Both the position numbers and the translations under genes were made by a program. Below, in pieces: positions 56,701 through 64,000 of a stretch of DNA of 64,000 nt (position 1 is the first letter of the stretch; every line of letters begins with the position of its first letter). This DNA comes from Mytilus trossulus (lineage: Eukaryota), in the NCBI RefSeq assembly GCF_036588685.1, contig NC_086376.1:87523630-87587629 (forward strand), given 5' to 3'. Below the pieces are notes generated by a model. It searched no databases and had not been told where the DNA came from. It was given only the letters and a program-made list of their open reading frames with translations.

Positions 56701-59700
56701 TGTTCCTGTTGTTTTTCTCTTATAGTTATTAAATGTGTTTCCATCAGTTTTGGTTGATGACCCCAATTTGTTTGTTTCTCTATTGATTTATGAATTTTGA
56801 ACACCAGTATACTACTGTTGCATTTATCAATAATTCGAAATCCTTTTCAACATGTGTCTGGTTTATTAATATGATTACCTTAAATCTAGATAACAGATCA
56901 GTCATATTATTAACATGACTTAGGAGTCCAACAGTTTCTGAGACAGTATGGGCTGCAGCCAGAATTCTCCTAACTTCATAATCATCAGAGACAAGTAACA
57001 CCTACAAAATAGTAAACAATATTGTTTTCACATAATATGCATACAGTTTAGGGTTCTTTATTTGTTCCAAGTAGATAAGACATTGTTAATTTATCTTCTT
57101 GCATTTATAATAAGAAGTACTAATACATGTATATATATTTACTTTTTTATTTATCTATTAAATGTGAAGTTGGCCAAAAAAAATCAAAGTTTTCAAAATA
57201 TTATGCTTCTGAGGTCCTAATATGAACTCTGTTAATCGACCAGAAAGTCATACAAAGACAAAAAAAAATCAAATCTAGTATCTTTATTGTTCATTTCAAA
57301 ATAATCAGGAAAGCAACTAGCATTTCATGGACTACATCTTACTTTCATTGTTCCTTGAAGAACATTCTTTGAGGCAGTTATAACTCGACTCTTATTTTCT
57401 TTACTAGCTGATGCCGTAACTCTCTGTGATGCTATATATAAATCACTGCTAGATAAATCTAAGATCTCACAAGCACTCTCCATCTGTCTCTTCAGCTCCT
57501 GTTATAACATATAAGTGAATATATATAAATCACTGCTAGATAAATCTAAGATCTCACAAGCACTCTCCATCTGTCTCTTCAGCTCCTGTTATAACATATA
57601 AGTAAATATATATAAATCACTGCTAGATAAATCTAAGATCTCACAAGCACTCTCCATCTGTCTTTTCAGCTCCTGTTATAACATATAAGTAAATGTTCAG
57701 TGGTTGTCATATTTATTTTTTTTCGCAACTGTTTGTTATAAATTAGGCCATTAGTTTTCTCAATTGAATTGATTCATATTTTCATGTGGGTAACCATACA
57801 GTTTGATTTTTTCACGTTATTGAAGGCCTTACAGTTGCCTATAATTTCCTACATCCACTTCATTTGAACTTTGGTGGATAGTTGTCTTGTTGGCTATATA
57901 CCACATTCATGACCATAATGACATCTTCTAATTTTTTTTACAAAATTTATAAACTCAAATTCTGATTTTGTCTCTGAATTTAGCTTCAGTCAGCGCTACT
58001 AAATCTTTAGTTTTCTGTGTAATGTTTTGTGGACTGTTGTTTGTTGTTATTTTTCTTTTTGAATATCTTGCATGTGTCTTTGTATCTAATCAATGGGTTT
58101 TGATTACAATTTTGTAATGATTGAAATTTGTATTTAAAATAATGGTTTTAAAACTAATATTTGCCAAAATAAATTTAAACTAAATTGATTTTCCAGTCCA
58201 ATTCTAGCTGGTTCTTTTTACAATTAAATACAGTCTGAAAGGAGAAAAAAATTATAGAAATACATAAACCAACTGGTCATAAGATATTAGATTTTTGCTA
58301 AGGTTTGATTATCTCTTGCATGTCGCATGTCTTAGTGTCTAGTATATTTAACCATAAGTTACAAGAAATGTTTGTTGCCTACATCATCTGCAGTCTTGTT
58401 AGCTCTTTCTTTTCCTAGTGTCACAAGACGTTCTGCAGCCTGCATAACCATTTCAGCACAGGGCCCCATATCTGTTTGAATGCCATCTGAATGGTCAAGA
58501 ATGATCAACAACGAAATCTGAAAAAGAAAATATTTTTGAAATGATTAGTGATATATACAAAAAAAATGATTTATATTAAAGTATCAAAATAAAAATATAA
58601 GTGAACCAACATCTTGTGTTGTGATTGTGCGGTAGGGTAAAAACGAGTGGATACCGCTAGGTATTCACAGTCATCTTGAAAAAAATGAATATGTCGACAA
58701 TAAAGACAACAACACTCATGTTTTTACTGTGTAGTATCTATTTATTGGGTCTACATGTTTCGCCTAATCGATAGGCATCATCAGGACAATTGTACAAAGA
58801 AATATGACAGTGAAGTATGAATTTAGCGGTTAGCGGTTTTAACCGGAAGTACAAGTTAAACAATGGTGGTTATGGTGACGTTATATAAATAGATAGTGAA
58901 AGTGAAAGTAAATTACAATAGAAAATATATAAACATGATAAATAGAAATGTTCGTGTTTTCTTGAATGGTAACAGCATCTCTTGTGGTTGACATCTATCC
59001 TGTTCTGTGTAGTTAATCTCATGAGAGGTCTTTGGTGGTATTGCACGTTGTAGTTATCTAAATAAATAATCATGTCAGTGAATTCCAAATTGGACAACAC
59101 CTCACTGTTCACTCCGTACAGTCAACTGGCTTCGCTCTGGGACCCTTGAGTTACTGCTTCCAATTGCGTCGGAAATGGTGTGAAGTGTATGATCGTCGCA
59201 CATTTTGGAAATTAAAAAAAGTGGTAAATCCGTAAATATTTAATTATGAGTTGTGTTAATGATTTTACTTTTGATGTGGTTTGATGTTGAATCTGTACAT
59301 GCTGTAAGAGCTTCCAGCAGGTTTCTTCTTTCTTAACCGGTGGTAAAGTATTGTAATAGTTGAGACTCTGTTAAATCTTTATGTTAATTTTGCGTAGTGT
59401 CATAAATTCAGCTAGGTGGTCATGATTTTTTAATAGTGTTATCAGCGGTTGTAGCGATTTCTTCTTCTCTTGCTCCTTCTCTTCTTGGACAGTGTGGAAT
59501 CTTGGTCATTTTCAGGAAAAGATAAGGAATCTTGGTATTGGTCAGTAGCTGATCTCTTGCTGGATCCAGAACTTTTTCAAGGGTCGATTTGACTTGTACC
59601 CAAAACTTTAAGCTGAGGCAGGGCAGGGCAGACAAATTCTTGTCAAATCAGCATCTGGTCAAATTGACATCCTACATGTATGTAGTCATTTTGGCACCCA

Positions 59701-59724
59701 TGTCAAATACATGTATGTAATTGT

Positions 59725-59758
<34 letters not shown>

Positions 59759-60336
59759 CAGTGTTCTATGCAAAAAGATCAAAACTAAGAAACTGGTGTC
59801 CATAAATTGACAGAAATATTGACTTACCATGCTTATTCACTATTTTTTAGGGGTTTCTGTATGTATTTTTTCCTTCCACATACCTAATTTGTATCAAATG
59901 GCAATGTATTGGATAATTGTAATGTGTTATGTATGCTTTAACTTGTTAAGCATTTTGCATTATTGTAGGTTTAATATTGCTTTAACTTTCCTGAAAATGA
60001 ATTAACCAACTAATTGTCGAATTGACTTTTTATAGGTGCCGATTTGACCAGGCGTCGACTAGACTTTAAACGGACAGACGAAGGACGTACGCTCAGAAAA
60101 AAAAACCTGACGCCCCTAGTTTGGATATTAAAAGTCAAAGGGTGAAAATCAGTTGTGGCTGATGTCTTTTCGCATAATTTTGGGAAATAAAAATATATCG
60201 TCTGCCACATCACAGCATTTTTGAGAGCTGACTAACGCGGGGTTTTACATCTCACCTGTGACGCAATTGGTGCTAAAACTCGTTCTATCGATTTTGTTTG
60301 TACTAAATTTGACAAAAGTCCACATGTAACTTCCAT
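17515..60336 (-). CDS. Large vinculin/alpha-catenin superfamily protein (about 1,493 aa, 30 coding exons)
   Basis: Exons in transcript order: 60336-60256, 58517-58383, 57498-57343, 57001-56879, 55360-55181, 54949-54815, 54196-54050, 53592-53519, 52709-52553, 50853-50745, 50168-49959, 49562-49365, 48706-48521, 47850-47524, 47069-46907, 46269-46137, 45454-45344, 44872-44698, 44135-43907, 40253-40088, 39636-39534, 38670-38470, 38048-37923, 35979-35835, 34700-34607, 34093-33959, 23138-23038, 21714-21612, 19102-19016, 17706-17515. All introns are GT-AG with matching phases; total 4482 nt. The N-terminus QTKSIERVLAPIASQIS and VLLVSDDYEVRRIL resemble vinculin D1. The tail EAEKWEDDCNPIVKVAKEM..IPTVSTQLSIISNV..ENAENLMKIVLQTMKAAE resembles the vinculin/alpha-catenin F-actin-binding domain. 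Confidence 0.88.
19446..19700. repeat. Dispersed SINE-like repeat family (other copies at about 5380-5487, 9030-9280, 20085-20195, 39880-39990, 44898-44990, 57695-57905)
   Basis: Shared end motif ggagagttgtc(t)cattggcactcataccacatctt, found in both orientations. Confidence 0.7.
20483..20524 (-). CDS. Candidate 42-nt cassette exon of the vinculin-like gene (IPSNEEVFVWYKDK)
   Basis: ttatag acceptor and AAG|gtagaa donor; 14 open codons, phase 0-0, inside a phase-0 intron. Confidence 0.45.
23165..23600. mobile_element. Fold-back element: short inverted repeat plus a ~140-bp terminal palindrome
   Basis: ttatcctgattt...aaatcaggataa, followed by a near-perfect hairpin at 23462-23599 whose loop contains ggcttcgcctc. 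Confidence 0.6.
23624..24960 (+). mobile_element. Non-autonomous Helentron/DINE-1-like element with internal ~500-bp tandem units and a (GACG) microsatellite
   Basis: Subterminal inverted repeat gctcacc...ggtgagc; stem-loop ggcccttcgggcc near the end; two ~501-bp internal repeats; A-rich flanks. Confidence 0.7.
28797..28989. mobile_element. TA-flanked MITE (Tc1/mariner-like); related copy at about 25839-26031
   Basis: tactgtaaattctgaaattattg ... caattatttctgaatttacagta. Confidence 0.7.
30292..31549 (+). CDS. GT47/exostosin-domain glycosyltransferase (MUR3/KATAMARI-like), nested antisense in intron 26 of the vinculin-like gene; 5' end unresolved
   Basis: Uninterrupted frame (open from 30260) with FYIYDLP, TDQFALEVIIHQKL..RTLDPDLADIFYVPAYVG and [26 protein letters not shown], all GT47 motifs. 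There is no Met upstream of the first domain motif; a ctttttttcag acceptor at 30290-30291 suggests an unlocated upstream exon. Confidence 0.85.
31690..33153 (+). mobile_element. Second, more diverged copy of the same Helentron-like family, containing a nested insertion
   Basis: Same internal repeats and same terminus ttggcccttcgggccaggtgagctaaaaa at about 33125-33153. Confidence 0.7.
32278..32583 (+). mobile_element. Short Helentron-like element (aacaagaatgtgtcc...ggggcataaaaa) nested in the element above
   Basis: atgcccc/ggggcat inverted repeat, terminal hairpin, GACG microsatellite; closely similar copy at 52928-53240. Confidence 0.7.
33456..33675. mobile_element. MITE, same family as 47962-48185
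   Basis: ggtctcattggggg...ccctaatgagaccc; reverse-complement similarity to the 48-kb copy. Confidence 0.7.
33959..34093 (-). CDS. vinculin/alpha-catenin-like gene exon 26, start of the actin-binding tail domain
   Basis: AASKYLQSEAEKWEDDCNPIVKVAKEMSSQINKMTGYIRGEGQIQ, similar to the alpha-catenin tail segment KWDDSGNDIIVLAKQM..RGKGPLK. Confidence 0.88.
34953..35531. mobile_element. MITE with long imperfect TIRs
   Basis: aaggagtaggttccggtaag... / ...cttactgaacctactcctt. Confidence 0.75.
36035..36197. repeat. Long imperfect palindrome (fold-back element end)
   Basis: gaaataattcat..tagatttgttttcatt / aatgaaaacaaatcta..atgaattatttc. Confidence 0.75.
36716..36848. repeat. Long imperfect palindrome (fold-back element end)
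   Basis: atagattattacatg..ttttccatatgg / ccatatggaaaa..catgtaataatctat. Confidence 0.75.
40509..43964. repeat. Tandem array, 54 x 64 bp, unit = last 58 nt of exon 19 + donor GTAAGT
   Basis: Unit acttacccaagacatgcactgtgtaagagattcct(a/g)atctgactattctgatgcagta(t/c)atgtt; period 64; 3456 bp = 54 units; the terminal unit is the true exon end. Confidence 0.98.
47962..48185. mobile_element. hAT-like MITE
   Basis: 8-bp TSD cattaaag (47954-47961, 48186-48193); TIR about gggtctcattgggg; sister copy in opposite orientation at about 33456-33675. Confidence 0.8.
50966..52199 (+). mobile_element. 5'-truncated non-LTR retrotransposon (RT C-terminal remnant + RNase H + C-terminal Cys/His motif; I-group-like), degenerate
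   Basis: LDKVQNRALCIITGAMKSTPI; RNase H motifs VYTDGSA..NYKAEEEA..FLTDA..QWIPSHCG; in-frame stop at 51783 and a frameshift near 51957; CPCGEADQDTAHLFQSC; (AAG)n tail; 11-bp TSD aataagacatt at 50955-50965 and 52200-52210. Confidence 0.92.
52928..53240 (+). mobile_element. Short Helentron-like element, same family as 32278-32583
   Basis: Colinear similarity over about 310 bp. Confidence 0.7.
55322..56419. repeat. Tandem array, about 19 x 59 bp, unit = exon 5 acceptor + first 38 nt of the exon
   Basis: Unit gctaaagatgt(t/c)agaatggaagt(a/t)gtatctgtgaaactctgaaagtaaaaccaagatgt; one copy (56031-56070) has a 19-bp deletion that removes the acceptor. Confidence 0.97.
57434..57694. repeat. Tandem array, 3 x 87 bp, unit = 22 nt of intron/acceptor + first 65 nt of exon 3
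   Basis: ctcctgttataac recurs at 57496, 57583 and 57670. Confidence 0.97.
58600..59650. mobile_element. Probable decayed retroelement fragment (possibly Penelope-like) in intron 1
   Basis: CpG-richer segment with broken minus-strand coding-like frames and the motif catgtttcgcc....ggcatcatcagg, reminiscent of Penelope-type repeats; no intact domain recognised. Confidence 0.3.
60256..60336 (-). CDS. vinculin/alpha-catenin-like gene, first coding exon (MEVTCGLLSNLVQTKSIERVLAPIASQ)
   Basis: ATG at 60336-60334; CAG|GTGAGA donor; family motif TxSIERxLxPxxxQ. Confidence 0.85.
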
Positions 60337-63300
60337 CTGAATTTAAAATTGTTCAAAAATAGCTGAAACTTTTGTTATCACTGTACAAACATTTTCAAAA
60401 CAATCCTCGGCTTTATTCTTCGTTTCAAAGATAAAACCCGAGAACACAAGGTTTACACAAATAAATATGCGGATCCGATCTAGGCACATACGTTTAATTT
60501 GATTTATTGTGTTATAATTTATTTATGTATTCCTGAATATTTTGACACCATAACTAGTTAATATCTAAACATATCTAATCTTCTATCACTATCTTTACAA
60601 CTTTTAGTGTCACTTTTTAATTTTCGCTAAATGAAATTTGGCCAGACTGTCTGCGTAAAATATAATTGCCAAATCAAAAATATAATACTTTTGGGAACAA
60701 TACAATTCATTAATTATTTCTGAAGATGTATAATTTTAAAATGTATACTGTTTATGAACTATTTTGTAATTGATATTGTGTATAATATGCTTCTGTTACG
60801 CAGTTGTTTTCTGCTGCTGAGTTTTCTTTATCAAACTATTTCTAAAACTATCAAAGGTATATGAAACAAGCTTTCTGTAATTTTAATGTTTAATTTCAAT
60901 ACTTTTTAACTAATGTACGGCAAATATATACTAACCTAAGTCATGTATGCACGTTTTCTTTTATATCTACTAATAGTTAAAAAGAAATATCGTCACATCA
61001 TAGTATATTTCATTCGGTTATTGTTGATTGCAAGCTTCTTTTTTTGAGTTTGTAACCGAAGTTAAAATTGATAAACAAACAACACTGAACACGTAGGGCA
61101 CGTAAAACATTGGTTTAGCAATGATATTTTTCATATTTTCAGTACGTTCCCATTTGTTAATAAGACTTTTCCGTAACAGTTGTTAAATGCTTTGTTGGAC
61201 TAGTATTAAATTTGTACTACAATAATAAGTTTTTGATACTAACTTTCGGAGTTCCAGTGGACGTTTGTTGAAATTCTTTCATCACGGTCTCCTCTCGCAC
61301 TTGCGCTGTGCGAAAGGCCGATGTTCTAACGAAATATCTTGTGTAACGGTATTAAACTGCATACTGACAATTTCTGACGAATTAATGTACGAGAAGACAA
61401 CAATTCAATTGCAGTACATTTATGAAGATTGTGATAACATAAATGAAATTCTTTTACCAGAAAGTTAACGTTCACTTATTTTATAGTCAGTAAAACACGG
61501 ACATTATATAGGAATTGAATTCGTGTCGAATGCGAATCGAATTCGCTAAGCGAGTTCACCCACTCATCTTTTTAAATTCGAATTGATTCGAATTGGTTAA
61601 TTCGAATTATCCAAATCGCATTAGAAATACGCTTGTGTGAATACGAATGTTTCGATAACTGATACGGATTCAAATGAAATTAAAATACTGACTTGACCCA
61701 ATAACGCAAGAAATATGATTCATGACTCATCGTGTTTAATAAAATTGAATCTAACAGGCTGCTACATATAATGGCGAAATATCATTTCTCACGGTATTCT
61801 CCTTTATATAAATGTTTAAAACAAAATATCTAATCCGTGCAGCTAATGGCGTATTTTTTTTTTAAATGAAATGCTTTACATAATTATCATTGACAACTAA
61901 ACAGATAATGATTCGTATTGCTTTCTTTAATTTTCACAGAACAAATGACCTTACACTTTTAAACATGATGTTTTACACATGAAACATCATGTCAGATCTG
62001 TGATAGGAAATTGTCATAGGTTATGTTACTATATAAGACAGAATCATTGTGACATCCGAGCCCTTACGACTTGTACAGGAGACACGGTAAGTCAAACAGT
62101 TCTTCTTCAAACGACATCCGTATCATTATTATAGTCATATCTTTTACCGTCTGCTTTGTAAATGGTCAGAAAATTCCATGAGAGTTTGGATTTGATTTGA
62201 TTGTATGTGTTTTAACGCCACTTTTAAGCAATGCATTTGGGCTATTTCGCGGCGGCCAGTTTTTATTAGTGGACGAAACCGGAGTGCACAGAGAAAACCG
62301 CCAACCTTTGATAGGAAAATGAGAGTTTGGAATTCAGAATTTTTATAATTTTCTATCTGTGAATGTAGATACCCATACATGAAAGAAGGATTTATTATAC
62401 AATGCATTGGCGGACAGGCCTTAGTAGCGCCGGATGCACTGTCTGTTATTCTTTAATTTAAATTTTATTAATCTGGTGTTTAAGGATGCTTAGAAAGTTG
62501 TTTTGTGATTTTTTGATACCTTTTTTTGTAAATTGTATGCCTTTCATGATATCAAATTAGATATATTCTCGGATACATCCCATCTTCACATTTTAATTCC
62601 ATGCGAGTTGTAGACAGCGAGACTATACCTGTACAATATTATTTTTCGTGTGCTTTTTTCCACCGCTGTTTTTTTACGGAGAGGGTTATTTTGATTGAAC
62701 TTGGTTTTTATGAATATTAATTTAAAAAAAAAAACATGTTTTTTTTTATCTGACATAATTTTTACCGTGAATCCATTGTTATTTCAAAGATAACATGAAG
62801 TATTATCGAAATACAATCAACTTGTAAAGGGTTCTTATGTAGCTAGCTTGCTTGGAACCTTATTATGATTTTTAACATTTTGATGAATAAACAGATATAT
62901 GAAACAGATATAGACATACTGGTAATACTTCCTTCAACCCCAAACAAAAACCAGCAAATTGGAGTTATAATTTTGCTGACCCGCGAGCTCTCACAGAGAA
63001 TGAAACAAATGAGTAACGATACATAAGCTTTCATCAGTTTACCTGAATAGATGTTAATGTAATATAGGCAACTTAATTTTTTTTTTTTTTTCAAATTAAA
63101 ATACTTTGAGTAAATATAACGGCTATCATTAAAAACCGATCGTCATAGTAAATACTCTAATATGATAATATCTGAGGCTGTTGTTCGCTGTTTAAATTGA
63201 GTTTGCCTGTTTGTAACATTGCGATATTTACATACATTTTTGATTTCTGAATTTATGTAAATGTAATGTAAAATTGAAAAAAAATCCTGTGATTTACTGC

Positions 63301-64000
63301 CGAATTTACGCAAGGAATAAAGTTTTGAATAAATCTATTATCTAAAACAGCAATACTTGTTCATGTCTAGATTTTGGATATTTAAGTTTACACGGGAAAC
63401 TCTATACAACGAAATTGAGCCTGAAAATGGGGAATGTGTCAAAGAGACAGAAACACAACCAAAGAGCAAACAGCAGTAGAAGGCCACCAATGTGTCTTCA
63501 ACACAGCGAGGGAAATCCCACACCCGGAGGAGGGCTTCATCTGACCCCTAAAAAAATGTGTACTAGTTCAGTGAAAATGAACGTGACACTTAACTCCGAA
63601 ACATTTAAATGAGCTAGAATTGAAAATCATACAAGACTGACTGACAAATACCATATACTATGGAACAGGCACAAACACGAGGCGGTGTTAACCATGTTTA
63701 GTGATATATAAACTCTCCCCCTTTATCTCTTGCCTATGTAAAAACAAAATAAACACACAGCAATACGCACAGTTAAACTCAGTTTAAAAGAAGTCCGAGT
63801 CTGATGTCAGAATAGGTTACAAAAGAAACTAAGCAAATTACAATGGTACATACACCAACAAAGGACTACTCTAGCAGTTACTGAAATGCCAACTCCAGAC
63901 ATCTATAAGACTGAATGAAGTATTATGTCTTCATCAAATGAAAACCAATCACAATCAACCCCCTCAATGGTTCAGAATACATGTGTTTATTTCAGATGCA

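Noticed and set aside
61200-61700. Possible divergent gene or promoter upstream of the vinculin-like start
   Set aside because: CpG-richer, but no supportable exon or ORF; may be a repeat remnant.

Overview
AT-rich, intron-containing animal genomic DNA; the repeat content looks bivalve-like (Mytilus-like), which is an inference. The window holds: (1) the last three coding exons of a neuralized-type NHR+RING E3 ligase (+, 4423-9880); (2) a complete 30-exon, about 1,493-aa vinculin/alpha-catenin-family gene (-, 60336-17515), traced by hand with consistent exon phases; (3) a plant-like GT47/exostosin glycosyltransferase nested antisense in one of its introns (30292-31549); (4) a 5'-truncated RNase H-bearing non-LTR retrotransposon with TSDs, plus many MITE, Helentron-like, fold-back and tRNA-derived repeats. 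The most striking signal is that all three minisatellite arrays outside transposons sit exactly on exon-intron junctions of the vinculin-like gene. They are 54x64 bp on a donor, about 19x59 bp on an acceptor and 3x87 bp on an acceptor. Each multiplies a splice site; only the exon-proximal copy keeps the ORF, and every other copy leads to a premature stop. The common variants between copies are largely synonymous in the exon frame. A fourth, decayed junction duplication lies at exon 14.
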